64,000 nt of DNA, taken from assembly GCA_017519415.1 (NCBI GenBank), contig JAFWSI010000029.1, positions 376 through 64,375 on the forward strand. Direction: 5' to 3'. A model generated the notes under the pieces. It did no database searches and was not told where the DNA came from. It worked only from the letters and a program-made list of their open reading frames with translations. Source of the DNA: Ruminococcus sp. Lineage in GTDB: Bacteria; Bacillota; Clostridia; Oscillospirales; Ruminococcaceae. A program made the translations under genes and the position numbers. Each line of letters opens with the position of its first letter. Within the stretch, counting starts at the first letter, position 1. Of the stretch, positions 21,105 through 30,860 are shown one piece after another.

Positions 21105-22016
21105 ATGATCTACACTGTTACCTTCAATCCCGCCATTGACTACATAATACGTACGGCGGACATTATCCCCGGCTGCGTCAACCGCACGCTGTCCGAGGAC
21201 ATATACTTCGGCGGCAAGGGCATAAACGTTTCCGCTGTGCTTGCAGAGCTGGGCGTGCCGTCAAAGGCTCTCGGCTTTACCGCGGGCCTTATCGGTGAAG
21301 CGATAGAAAAGGGAGTCCGGGCAATGGGCATAGACGCCGACTTCATAAGGCTGAGCCGCGGAAATTCCCGCATAAACGTCAAGATACACGCCTCGGAGGA
21401 GACCGAGATCAACGGGCAGGGTCCAGATATAGACGAGGCCTCCCTTGAAAAGCTCTTCGCAAGGCTTGACGGACTTGCGGTCGGCGATACCCTGGTGCTG
21501 GCGGGAAGCGTTCCGAAAAGCCTGCCCGCCGATATATACGAAAGGATACTGGAAAGGCTCACGGACAGAAAAATAACGGCAGCCGTAGACGCCTCCGGCG
21601 ACCTGCTGCTGAACGTACTGAAATACCGTCCCTTCGTCATAAAGCCCAATATACACGAGCTCAGGGAGATATTCGGCACCGCTATCGGCAGCACCGAGGA
21701 TATAGCCTCGTGCGCTGCGGAATTGCAGACCATGGGCGCACGGAACGTGCTGGTTTCCATGGCGGAGGACGGAGCGGCGCTCCTTGACGAGAGCGGAGAG
21801 CTCCATGTCTGCGGAGCCTGCACGGGCACGGCAGTGAATTCAGTGGGCGCGGGTGACTCGATGCTGGCGGGCTTTCTGGCAGGCATCGTACAGGGAGATC
21901 ACGACTACGCCCTGAGGCTCGGCACAGCCTGCGGCGGCGCCACCGCCTTCTCGGAGGGGCTTGCAAAAAGAGAAATGATATACAGTCTGCTCGGGCAGCT
22001 GAAACAGGAGAACTGA
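21105..22016 (+). CDS. pfkB: 1-phosphofructokinase (PfkB family)
   Basis: TVTFNPAID, GGKGINVS, IKPN and VGAGDS motifs. Confidence 0.92.
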   Translation: MIYTVTFNPAIDYIIRTADIIPGCVNRTLSEDIYFGGKGINVSAVLAELGVPSKALGFTAGLIGEAIEKGVRAMGIDADFIRLSRGNSRINVKIHASEETEINGQGPDIDEASLEKLFARLDGLAVGDTLVLAGSVPKSLPADIYERILERLTDRKITAAVDASGDLLLNVLKYRPFVIKPNIHELREIFGTAIGSTEDIASCAAELQTMGARNVLVSMAEDGAALLDESGELHVCGACTGTAVNSVGAGDSMLAGFLAGIVQGDHDYALRLGTACGGATAFSEGLAKREMIYSLLGQLKQEN

Positions 22017-22017
22017 T

Positions 22018-23937
22018 ATGGATAAAAAATACCTTGAGCTCCTTGCAAAGGAGTACCCCACCATTGAAAGCGCGGCAAGCGAGATAATAAACCTTTCCGC
22101 CATAAGGAGCCTGCCCAAGGGCACGGAATACTTCTTCAGCGACATCCACGGCGAATACGAGGCCTTCCTCCATATGCTCAGGAGCGCCTCGGGCATGATA
22201 AAGATAAAGATAGACCTTGTCCTCGGAAAAACGGTTTCGGCAGCGGACCGAGAGGCTCTCGCGGAGCTGATATACTGCCCTGAAAAGGAGATAACAAGGC
22301 TTTCGGGCTGCGGCGGGCTGTCCGACGAGTGGAAAAGGCTCAGCATATACCGCCTTATACTTGTATGCGAGACCGTTTCCGCAAAGTATACCCGTTCACG
22401 CATAAGGAAGCGCATCCCCGAGGATATGGTGTACATTCTCGACGAACTCCTCAACGTCACCGATGACGTGAACAAGGATTACTACTACGACGAGATAATC
22501 AGCGCCATAATAGATACGGGCATTGCCGAATCCTTTATCACCTCCCTGTGCAGGCTCATACAGTCCGTATGCATAGACAAGCTGCACATAATCGGCGATA
22601 TATTCGACAGAGGTCCCCGCGCTGACAAGATACTTGACGCGCTTATGAACACCCACGACGTGGATATTCAGTTCGGCAACCACGACATCTCATGGATGGG
22701 CGCCGCCGCGGGAAACCGCGCTCTCATCGCCAACGTCATAAGAATAGCCATGAGGTACAACAACTTCGACGTGCTGGAGGACGGCTACGGACTCAACCTC
22801 CGCGCACTGGCGGTTTTCGCCAACGAGGTCTACAAGGACGACCCCTGCACCCTGTATATGCCCAGCACCCTTGACGACAATATCTACGACCCCGTGGATC
22901 TGAGCCTCGGCGCCAAAATGCACAAGGCCATAGCCGTTATACAGATGAAGCTGGAGGGGCAGCTCATCGCAAAGCACCCCGAATGGGACATGCAGGACCG
23001 CGATCTCTTCGGCAGGACGGATTTCAGAGCAGGTACGGTCACTGTTGACGGAAAGGTACATGAGCTCCTTGACAGGAGCTTCCCCACCGTTGACCCGGAA
23101 GCCCCCCTTACCCTCTCCGGGGACGAGGAGGAGCTCATGCAGGTGCTGTGGGCCTCATTCCGGCACAGCGAAAAGCTTCAGAGGCATATCCGCTTCATTT
23201 ACGCAAGAGGAGCCATGTACAAGACCTGCAACAACAACCTGCTGTTCCACGGCTGTATCCCCATGGACGAAAAGGGCAGCCTCCAGAGCGTAAGCATACG
23301 CGGACAGCTCTTCTCCGGAAAGGCTCTCCTCGATAAGCTGGGAGAGCTGGTAAATCAGGCATATTTTCTCGACAAGGGCGAGGAAAAGGAGTACGCGGAG
23401 GACTTCATGTGGTACCTGTGGTGCGGGCCCAAGTCCCCTCTCTACGGCAAGGATAAAATGGCTTTCTTCGAGCGCGCTTTTCTGGCGGACAAGTCCCTGC
23501 ACGCCGAGAACTACAACGCTTACTACACCTTCTCGGAGAAAAAGGAGGTATGTATTTCCCTGCTGGAGCACTTCGGGCTGGATCCCGAAAAAGGACACAT
23601 CATCAACGGCCATGTGCCTGTAAAGATCAAGAACGGCGAAAGCCCCGTCAAGGCCGAGGGCAAGCTCTTTGTCATCGACGGAGGCATATCCAAGGCCTAT
23701 CAGTCCACCACGGGCATTGCGGGATATACCCTCATCTACGACTCCCACAGTCTCAATCTTGCCGAGCATAAGCCCTTCATAGCGGGCAAGAGCGAGCTCA
23801 CTCCCACCATACACCTTGTTGAAAAGCTCGAGCACCGCGCCAATATCTGCGATACGGACAAGGGTGCGGAGCTGCTTGAAAGGATACAGGATCTCCGTGC
23901 TCTCCTTGAAGCCTACAAGGCGGGTACCGTGAAATAA
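22018..23937 (+). CDS. fbp: Class III fructose-1,6-bisphosphatase
   Basis: LPKGTEYFFSDIHGE, GDIFDRGP, GNHD and IDGGISKAY motifs. Confidence 0.95.
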   Translation: MDKKYLELLAKEYPTIESAASEIINLSAIRSLPKGTEYFFSDIHGEYEAFLHMLRSASGMIKIKIDLVLGKTVSAADREALAELIYCPEKEITRLSGCGGLSDEWKRLSIYRLILVCETVSAKYTRSRIRKRIPEDMVYILDELLNVTDDVNKDYYYDEIISAIIDTGIAESFITSLCRLIQSVCIDKLHIIGDIFDRGPRADKILDALMNTHDVDIQFGNHDISWMGAAAGNRALIANVIRIAMRYNNFDVLEDGYGLNLRALAVFANEVYKDDPCTLYMPSTLDDNIYDPVDLSLGAKMHKAIAVIQMKLEGQLIAKHPEWDMQDRDLFGRTDFRAGTVTVDGKVHELLDRSFPTVDPEAPLTLSGDEEELMQVLWASFRHSEKLQRHIRFIYARGAMYKTCNNNLLFHGCIPMDEKGSLQSVSIRGQLFSGKALLDKLGELVNQAYFLDKGEEKEYAEDFMWYLWCGPKSPLYGKDKMAFFERAFLADKSLHAENYNAYYTFSEKKEVCISLLEHFGLDPEKGHIINGHVPVKIKNGESPVKAEGKLFVIDGGISKAYQSTTGIAGYTLIYDSHSLNLAEHKPFIAGKSELTPTIHLVEKLEHRANICDTDKGAELLERIQDLRALLEAYKAGTVK

Positions 23938-23949
23938 AGGAGAATATCT

Positions 23950-24411
23950 ATGAAATACGATCACACCGAGGAAGCCTGCCGCCTTTTTGCGGGCGGACTC
24001 AACTGCGCACAGTCGGTCTTTGTTGCATTCGCCGACGTAACGGGCATGGACAGGGAGACCGCCGTGAAGCTCTCCTCCTCCTTCGGCGGAGGAATGGGAC
24101 GCATGAGGGAGGTCTGCGGCACCTGCTCGGCCATGTTCATGATCGCAGGACTGCTTTACGGTCCCGGCGAAAGCTTCACCCACGAGGAAAAGGCCGAGCA
24201 CTACAAGCGGATACAGGAGCTCGCGGCACAGTTCAGGGAAAAGCATGAGACCATAAACTGCCTCGAGCTGCTGAAGGGACTGAAGGTCACAAGCACTCCC
24301 GAGCCCGAAAGGCGCACGGAGCAGTACTACAAGGTGCGACCCTGCATAAAGTTCGTCCGCACCGCCGCAGAGATACTGGACAGATACCTCGAAGAACACC
24401 CCGCTGAATAA
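23950..24411 (+). CDS. C_GCAxxG_C_C family redox protein
   Basis: NCAQSV, FGGGMG..EVCG, NCLEL and RPC motifs. Confidence 0.9.
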   Translation: MKYDHTEEACRLFAGGLNCAQSVFVAFADVTGMDRETAVKLSSSFGGGMGRMREVCGTCSAMFMIAGLLYGPGESFTHEEKAEHYKRIQELAAQFREKHETINCLELLKGLKVTSTPEPERRTEQYYKVRPCIKFVRTAAEILDRYLEEHPAE

Positions 24412-24518
24412 TTGATAACAAATCGCAAGAATTGCCTTGACTTTTTATGCAAAATGTGCTATTATACTTCTTGTAATGTTTAACCACCATTTTACAAATT
24501 TTAAAACAGGAGGATATA

Positions 24519-26897
24519 ATGAAAATGACCGCCAAAAAGGTCATTGCTGCCATAGCTGCGCTGACCCTCTCTTACGGGGCAATTCCCTCAGGTCTTGGAA
24601 ACGCTCCTCTTTTCAGCAGCATTTTAACAGCAAGGGCTGAGGAAAACCCCAACGCATATATTGAGAACAACACTCTATATCTGAGCGGTGATCTCACAAG
24701 AAATGAAATTACTGCATTCCGCAATGATTCAAGCTTTGATTACGTTGTAGCTACGGGAGCCAAATTCCCCCAAAACTGCTACGAGCTCTTCACTGGATTT
24801 GAATGTTCCAAAATGGATCTTTCGGGAGCGGATTTTTCGGGGACCACAAGACTGGAAGCCATGTTCAAGAACTGCCGAAGCCTTGAGTCCCTCAAAATCG
24901 ACCTTTCGGGTGCAGGCGGAGTAAAGGACATGAGCCATATGTTCGAGTACTGTGAGAATCTTGAGGAGATCGAGTTCACCGGTGCCGATACCTCGGGCGC
25001 TACAGATATGTCATATATGTTCAGGAACTGCGGCAAGCTTGAAGCTATCGATCTTGAGAATTTCGATACCTCAAACGTATATAACTTCACCTCGATGTTC
25101 ATGAACTGCTACAGCCTTGAGGAGCTTGACGTAAGCGACTTTGACACATCGTCAGCTCAGGACATGAAGTGGATGTTCTCAAACTGCGCCGGTCTTACCG
25201 AGCTGGACGTTAGCAATTTCGATACCTCAGGTGTACGCAAAATGGAGAATATGTTCGCCAGCTGCCGTTCTCTGACAGCTCTCGATCTGAGTAGTTTCGA
25301 TACGTCAAATGTCACTACCATGTACGGAATGTTTTCCAGCTGCGAAAATCTTGCCGCTGTTGATCTCAGCAGCTTCAATACCTCTGAGGTCACCAACATG
25401 TCCAGTATGTTCAGTGTGTGCAAGAAGCTCGCTTCTCTGGACGTGAGCGGCTTCGAAACCTCAAAGGTAACAAATTTCGACGGTATGTTCTGCTTCTGCG
25501 AGTCTCTTACGACTCTTGACGTCACCAATTTTGATACTTCAAATGCAGAATACATCGGCAGTATGTTTGGGTCATGCAAGAAGCTTGATTCCATTGATGT
25601 AAGTAAATTCGATACGTCAAATGTCATTAACATGTACGGAATGTTCAGCGACTGTGCTTCTCTTACAAAGCTCGACCTGAGCAATTTCGATACAAGCAGT
25701 AACACGACAATGAACAGGATGTTCAAGGGCTGCGAATCTCTCAGATCCCTTGACCTTAAAAACTTTGATACCTCAAATGTCACTGATCTACACGCAACTT
25801 TCATGGACTGCAAGTCTCTTGAATCCCTTGATATTTCTTCATTCGATACAAGCAAGGTCATAGATATGAGCTCTATGTTCAGCGGCTGCACCGCTCTTAC
25901 TTCCCTTGATCTTCGCAGCTTCGATACAAGCAATGTCATAGATATGCGCTCTATGTTCAGTGACTGCACACAGCTGAAAAAGCTTGACGTCACATGCTTC
26001 GATACAAGCTACGTAAACAAAAATTACGACTACCAGAGCGATATACTGAAGGATTGTCCCGCATACAACGTTACCTATACGGACGCAGGACTCACTCTCG
26101 ATCACGGAAGGATCGGCCTCAGACTCTTCTTCACTACCAACGCCGACCTCAGGACCGTTGTCATGAACGGCCCCGCCGGCGAGAAGAAGGCGGATATATC
26201 CGAGCTTACCGCCTACGCAAGCGGAAAATACAGCGTTAACTATTATGTAAACGCCCTTATGGCCAACGAGCCCGTATCATTCAGCTTCTACGATGCTGAC
26301 GGCAGAAAGATCAATCTTCTGAATTCAAGCCGTGAGATCTTAAGCAAGAGCTCCAAGAGCTATTCAGTAAGAGATTACGTTACGGATTCTCTTGAGTATA
26401 TCAGCTCCGACAAGGAAAAGGCTCTCGTTTCCGCCCTCGATAACTACTGCAAGGCTGCGGAGAATTACTTCAACGGCGCTCAGAACGAGATCGAAGGCAT
26501 CGACAGCGTGAAAAACAGCGACCTTGACAACGCAAAGCCTACCCTCAAGGACGGCGTGAAGATCTCACTGCTGCTGGGCTCCGCTTCATCAGTAAGGATC
26601 TATACCGACAGCGATAACGTATTTATCGACGATAACAGTGAAAAGGCTGTTGCACATACCGGAAATTACGGAAAATACTACGAGATCTCGGATATTACAG
26701 CTCAGGATCTCCCGGACAGCCACAAGATCACCATAGACGGCAAGGATTACTATTTCAGTCCTCTGTCCTACTGCTGCCGCGTTCTTTACAGGTACAACAA
26801 GAACGGTGAAGAGCTCAGTACTGACAAGGCTAACCTTGTCAGCCTTGCAAAGGCTTTCTACATCTACGCGAATGCTGCAAAAGCATATACATCTTAA
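24519..26897 (+). CDS. Secreted BspA/DUF285-type LRR surface protein with unnamed C-terminal domain
   Basis: Signal peptide; about 16 26-aa repeats (LDxSxFDTSxVxxMxxMFxxC); C-terminal domain shared with 49838-51145. Confidence 0.9.
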   Translation: MKMTAKKVIAAIAALTLSYGAIPSGLGNAPLFSSILTARAEENPNAYIENNTLYLSGDLTRNEITAFRNDSSFDYVVATGAKFPQNCYELFTGFECSKMDLSGADFSGTTRLEAMFKNCRSLESLKIDLSGAGGVKDMSHMFEYCENLEEIEFTGADTSGATDMSYMFRNCGKLEAIDLENFDTSNVYNFTSMFMNCYSLEELDVSDFDTSSAQDMKWMFSNCAGLTELDVSNFDTSGVRKMENMFASCRSLTALDLSSFDTSNVTTMYGMFSSCENLAAVDLSSFNTSEVTNMSSMFSVCKKLASLDVSGFETSKVTNFDGMFCFCESLTTLDVTNFDTSNAEYIGSMFGSCKKLDSIDVSKFDTSNVINMYGMFSDCASLTKLDLSNFDTSSNTTMNRMFKGCESLRSLDLKNFDTSNVTDLHATFMDCKSLESLDISSFDTSKVIDMSSMFSGCTALTSLDLRSFDTSNVIDMRSMFSDCTQLKKLDVTCFDTSYVNKNYDYQSDILKDCPAYNVTYTDAGLTLDHGRIGLRLFFTTNADLRTVVMNGPAGEKKADISELTAYASGKYSVNYYVNALMANEPVSFSFYDADGRKINLLNSSREILSKSSKSYSVRDYVTDSLEYISSDKEKALVSALDNYCKAAENYFNGAQNEIEGIDSVKNSDLDNAKPTLKDGVKISLLLGSASSVRIYTDSDNVFIDDNSEKAVAHTGNYGKYYEISDITAQDLPDSHKITIDGKDYYFSPLSYCCRVLYRYNKNGEELSTDKANLVSLAKAFYIYANAAKAYTS

Positions 26898-26915
26898 AGA
26901 AAGGAGAGGGAAAAT

Positions 26916-27014
26916 ATGAAGGAAAGATACACAGCTCCTGAAGTAGAGATCATCGCTTTCGAGAACGAAGACGTTATCACAGCAAGCGGTGAACCCGAAG
27001 TTGAGCCCCAGTAA
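26916..27014 (+). CDS. 32-aa putative RiPP-like precursor peptide MKERYTAPEVEIIAFENEDVITASGEPEVEPQ
   Basis: AAGGAGAGG RBS at 26901-26909, ATG to TAA in frame, YxxP leader motif, terminator directly after. Below the ORF-track cutoff. Confidence 0.85.
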   Translation: MKERYTAPEVEIIAFENEDVITASGEPEVEPQ

Positions 27015-27023
27015 CAGATGAAA

Positions 27024-27055
27024 GAAAAAGGCAGCCTTTACGGCTGTCTTTTCTC
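27024..27055 (+). terminator. Intrinsic terminator after the BspA-peptide unit
   Basis: GAAAAAGGCAGCC...GGCTGTCTTTTC hairpin. Confidence 0.75.
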
Positions 27056-27182
27056 ATATAATATGCTTGCATTTCAACGGCAGATATAGTATAATAAAAA
27101 TGTACTCGATAACCGCGGACGGTACTTACCGCGGCTTTGACACTCACATCATTTTTGGAACCGTAAAAATGAGGAGGTACTT

Positions 27183-27707
27183 ATGCTCTGTCTTAAAGCA
27201 GCCAACAGAGAGGATATTGAAAAGGAATACCTTTTCGTCAGGGACGTTCCCGAGGACGAAAACGGCTTCATAAACGAATACCACGGCATAAGCCGCGAGG
27301 ACTTCGATGACGCTCTCGACATTATTATCATGAACTCCAGAGGATTGCGGCTGCCCGAAGGATATGTTCCCGCTACGACTTATTTCCTGTGGAAGAACGA
27401 CAAGATAATCGGTCAGTTCAACGTGCGGCACTGTCTGTGCGAGTCCCTTGAAAACGGGGCAGGACATATAGGCTACTATATATCTCCCGAGTACCGCGGT
27501 ATGGGCTACGGCACACAGGGGCTCCAGCTCGCACTGGAAAAGGCAAGGAAAATAGTGCCCGAGGACGAGATCTACCTCAGAGTACACAAGGACAACCCCG
27601 CCTCACTCAAGGTGATGCTCCACAACGGAGGCCGCATACACCACGAGGACGACGAGTCCTACTTCGTACGCATACCCAACTGGCATTTCGACAAAAAACA
27701 GCCATGA
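27183..27707 (+). CDS. GNAT N-acetyltransferase
   Basis: GHIGYYISPEYRGMGYGT and NPASLKV motifs. Confidence 0.92.
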   Translation: MLCLKAANREDIEKEYLFVRDVPEDENGFINEYHGISREDFDDALDIIIMNSRGLRLPEGYVPATTYFLWKNDKIIGQFNVRHCLCESLENGAGHIGYYISPEYRGMGYGTQGLQLALEKARKIVPEDEIYLRVHKDNPASLKVMLHNGGRIHHEDDESYFVRIPNWHFDKKQP

Positions 27708-27729
27708 CGCTCTTTTTATGAGCCCGCTA

Positions 27730-27758
27730 TTGACATCAGGCTCTTTTGATGATATAAT
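27730..27758 (+). promoter_or_regulatory. Sigma-A promoter of the que operon
   Basis: TTGACA-17 bp-TATAAT. Confidence 0.85.
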
Positions 27759-27768
27759 GTACAGAGTC

Positions 27769-27810
27769 CGACAGTTCGCTTGCGCCATCCTGTCGTTAAA
27801 CAAAACCAGG
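27769..27810 (+). ncRNA. preQ1 class I riboswitch aptamer
   Basis: CGACAG stem, UUCG...AUC loop, CUGUCG, then A-rich tail UUAAACAAAAC; upstream of queD. A terminator hairpin follows at ~27868-27900. Confidence 0.8.
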
Positions 27811-27911
27811 GCATTACATATGTATTTACTGCGGAGCAGCTCCTGCTGTCCCGCAATGAACGTATAGATGCGCCTGCTTTCAGCAGACGCATTTCTTTTT
27901 GGAGGAAGAAA

Positions 27912-28337
27912 ATGTATTATCTTAAAACGTCAGCTTCATTCGACAGCGCCCATTTCCTTTCGGGATACAGCGGAAAATGCGCCAATATACACGGTCACTG
28001 CTGGAGAGTCGAGGTGAAGATACAGGGCGGAGAGCTTTGCCCGGAGGGAGAAAAACGGGGTATGCTCATCGACTTCCGCGACCTCAAGAACGAGGTACGC
28101 AGCATTGCCGACAGCCTTGACCACACCCTCATCTACGAAAAGGACAGCCTCAGGCCTGCGACCCTGACTGCCCTCAGGGAGGAGGGCTTCAGTCTCACTG
28201 AGGTGCCCTTCCGTCCAACTGCCGAAAACCTTGCAAGGTACTTCTTTGACGCGCTCTCGGGACGGGGCTTTGAGATAAGCTCCGTGACCGTGTACGAGAC
28301 CGAGGAGAACTGCGCGGTGTACGAGGTGGAAAAATGA
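27912..28337 (+). CDS. queD: 6-carboxytetrahydropterin synthase
   Basis: FDSAH, CANIHGH, PTAEN and VYET motifs. Confidence 0.95.
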   Translation: MYYLKTSASFDSAHFLSGYSGKCANIHGHCWRVEVKIQGGELCPEGEKRGMLIDFRDLKNEVRSIADSLDHTLIYEKDSLRPATLTALREEGFSLTEVPFRPTAENLARYFFDALSGRGFEISSVTVYETEENCAVYEVEK

Positions 28338-28996
28338 GCTTCCCCGTAGTTGAAAAATTCGTCAGCATCAACGGCGAGAGCATAAGAGCGGGCGAGCCCG
28401 CCGTGTTCATAAGGTTCCGAGGCTGCAATCTTAACTGCTCCTACTGCGACACCGCATGGGCCAACAGCCGGGACGCCGCTGCTCAGGAGCTGACAGCAGA
28501 GGAGATCACCGATTACGCCGACAGCACCGGCATAACAGACGTTACCCTTACAGGTGGAGAGCCTATGCTGCAAAGCGGGCTTGGTGAGCTGACGGAAATG
28601 CTCATGGCTCACGGACACAGAGTGGAGATAGAGACCAACGGCAGCATTTCCATTAAGGAGCTGAGCAGTTCGGAACGCCGGCCCAGCTTCACTCTCGACT
28701 ATAAGCTCCCCGGAAGCGGCATGGAAACCGCCATGCTCACAGAGAATTATGAGTACCTCTGCGAAAGCGACGCCGTTAAATTCGTGGTGTCCGGCAGGGA
28801 CGATCTCGGAAGAGCAAAGCAGATAATCGAAAAATACGGACTTGCGGACAGGTGCCGCGTATATCTCAGTCCCGTCTTCGGAAGGATAGAGCCCGCAGAA
28901 ATGGTCTCATTCATGCTGGAAAACAAGCTCTGCAACGTGCGTTTGCAGCTCCAGCTGCACAAGTATATATGGGACCCTGACAAGAAAGGTGTATGA
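28334..28996 (+). CDS. queE: 7-carboxy-7-deazaguanine synthase (radical SAM)
   Basis: SINGE, GCNLNCSYCDT, TGGEP and QLHK motifs. Confidence 0.95.
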   Translation: MSFPVVEKFVSINGESIRAGEPAVFIRFRGCNLNCSYCDTAWANSRDAAAQELTAEEITDYADSTGITDVTLTGGEPMLQSGLGELTEMLMAHGHRVEIETNGSISIKELSSSERRPSFTLDYKLPGSGMETAMLTENYEYLCESDAVKFVVSGRDDLGRAKQIIEKYGLADRCRVYLSPVFGRIEPAEMVSFMLENKLCNVRLQLQLHKYIWDPDKKGV

Positions 28997-28997
28997 A

Positions 28998-29558
28998 ATG
29001 GATAAGCAGAAGATAGAATTTCACATAAAAGGCCTGCTGGAGGCCATAGGCGAGGATCCCGAAAGAGAGGGACTCAAGGATACTCCCGCAAGAGTCGCCA
29101 ATATGTTCGAGGAGGTACTGGAGGGCACAAGGTACTCCAACCACGAGATCGCGCAGATGTTCGGCAAGACCTTTACCGCCGGAGAAGGAGACTCCGACCA
29201 GGCGATAATCATGAAGGATATTACCGTATTCAGCTACTGCGAGCACCACATGGCCCTTATGTACGACATGACCGTAAACGTAGGCTATATCCCCCGCGGA
29301 AAGGTGCTGGGGCTCAGTAAGATAGCCCGTATATGCGACATGGCTGCAAAACGTCTTCAGCTCCAGGAGAGACTGGGACGGGATATTGCGGAGATAATCT
29401 CCGAGGCGGCGGGTACTCCCGATGTGGGAGTGAAGATCACCGGCTGTCACAGCTGCATGACCGCAAGGGGCATTAAGAACCCCACCTCCCATACAGAAAC
29501 AAGGACATATCTCGGAGCCTTCAGATCCGACAGCGACCTGAAAAAGCTCCTTGACTGA
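28998..29558 (+). CDS. folE: GTP cyclohydrolase I
   Basis: CEHH, GLSKIAR, QLQERL and HSCMTARG motifs. Confidence 0.96.
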   Translation: MDKQKIEFHIKGLLEAIGEDPEREGLKDTPARVANMFEEVLEGTRYSNHEIAQMFGKTFTAGEGDSDQAIIMKDITVFSYCEHHMALMYDMTVNVGYIPRGKVLGLSKIARICDMAAKRLQLQERLGRDIAEIISEAAGTPDVGVKITGCHSCMTARGIKNPTSHTETRTYLGAFRSDSDLKKLLD

Positions 29559-29569
29559 AAGGAGCAGCC

Positions 29570-30256
29570 ATGAAAGCACTCGTACTGTTCAGCGGCGGCC
29601 TTGACAGCTCGACCTGTCTCGCCCTTGCAGTGAAAAAGCACGGCAGGGAGAACGTCACCGCCCTTTCCATATACTACGGACAGAAACACGATAAGGAGAT
29701 AAAGGCGGCAAGGGCTGTGGCGGAGCATTACGGCATTGAGCTGAAAGCTCTCGATCTTGCGGCTGTATTCGCGGGCTCCGACTGCTCGCTGCTGACGGGC
29801 TCGGACAGGGATATACCCAAGGAAAGCTACGCGGAGCAGCTCCTGCATACCGACGGCAAGCCCGTATCCACCTACGTCCCCTTCCGCAACGGACTTTTCC
29901 TCGCCTCTGCGGCGAGCATTGCCCTTTCCTGCGGCTGCGGAGTGATATACTACGGCGCCCACAGCGACGACGCAGCAGGCAACGCCTATCCCGACTGCTC
30001 GGAGAAATTCAACAGCGCCATGAACGAAGCGATATTCACGGGCAGCGGCGAACAGCTGCACATAGAAGCTCCTTTCGTGGGACTTACCAAGGCCGACGTG
30101 GTGCGTATGGGAGCAGAGCTGGGCGTGCCCTTTGAGCTAACATGGAGCTGCTATGAGGGCGGCGACAAGCCCTGCGGTCAGTGCGGCACCTGCCGCGACA
30201 GAGCAACGGCGTTCAGAGCCAACGGCCTCACCGACCCCCTTATGAAAGGAGTATAA
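29570..30256 (+). CDS. queC: 7-cyano-7-deazaguanine synthase
   Basis: SGGLDS, YVPFRN, YPDC and TWSCY..CGQCGTC motifs. Confidence 0.97.
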   Translation: MKALVLFSGGLDSSTCLALAVKKHGRENVTALSIYYGQKHDKEIKAARAVAEHYGIELKALDLAAVFAGSDCSLLTGSDRDIPKESYAEQLLHTDGKPVSTYVPFRNGLFLASAASIALSCGCGVIYYGAHSDDAAGNAYPDCSEKFNSAMNEAIFTGSGEQLHIEAPFVGLTKADVVRMGAELGVPFELTWSCYEGGDKPCGQCGTCRDRATAFRANGLTDPLMKGV

Positions 30257-30257
30257 C

Positions 30258-30755
30258 ATGACAGGCAGAAACGACAGCGAGAGAGGCAGCATTTCCCTTC
30301 TCGGAAACAATAATACAAAATACAGCGCAGACTACTCCCCAGAGGTGCTGGAGACCTTTCCCAACAAGCACCCGGACAGGGACTACTTCGTTAAGTTCAA
30401 CTGTCCCGAGTTCACAAGCCTCTGCCCCATAACCGGTCAGCCCGACTTCGCAACAATTTACATATCCTATATCCCCGCGGAGCGCATGGTCGAGAGCAAA
30501 TCCCTGAAGCTATACCTGTTCAGCTTCCGCAACCACGGCGACTTCCATGAGGACTGCGTGAACATAATCATGAACGACCTCATAAAGCTCATGGAGCCGA
30601 AATACATTGAGGTGTGGGGAAAGTTCCTGCCAAGAGGAGGCATCTCCATAGATCCCTACTGCAATTACGGCATAAAGGGCACCAAATGGGAGCAGCTGGC
30701 ATGGGACAGGCTGGCTCACCACGATATGTATCCCGAAAGCGTGGACAACAGGTGA
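30258..30755 (+). CDS. queF: preQ1 synthase (7-cyano-7-deazaguanine reductase)
   Basis: [22 protein letters not shown] and PRGG motifs. Confidence 0.97.
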   Translation: MTGRNDSERGSISLLGNNNTKYSADYSPEVLETFPNKHPDRDYFVKFNCPEFTSLCPITGQPDFATIYISYIPAERMVESKSLKLYLFSFRNHGDFHEDCVNIIMNDLIKLMEPKYIEVWGKFLPRGGISIDPYCNYGIKGTKWEQLAWDRLAHHDMYPESVDNR

Positions 30756-30860
30756 TTCTTCTGGCTGAAATGACATTAAAAAAGAACAGTCACGGCTCCT
30801 TAACGGTGCTGTGAGTGTTTTGCTTTTATATCAGACGCTGTCCCTGCGGACATAGGCCTG

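Noticed and set aside
24800-26060. CRISPR array or DGR in the 78-bp periodic sequence
   Set aside because: The repeats are in-frame, degenerate 26-aa LRR units. There are no unique spacers, cas genes or reverse transcriptase.
27912-30755. dpd-type 7-deazaguanine DNA modification island
   Set aside because: No dpdA/tgt-like or dpdB-K genes. queF and the preQ1 riboswitch point to ordinary tRNA queuosine synthesis.
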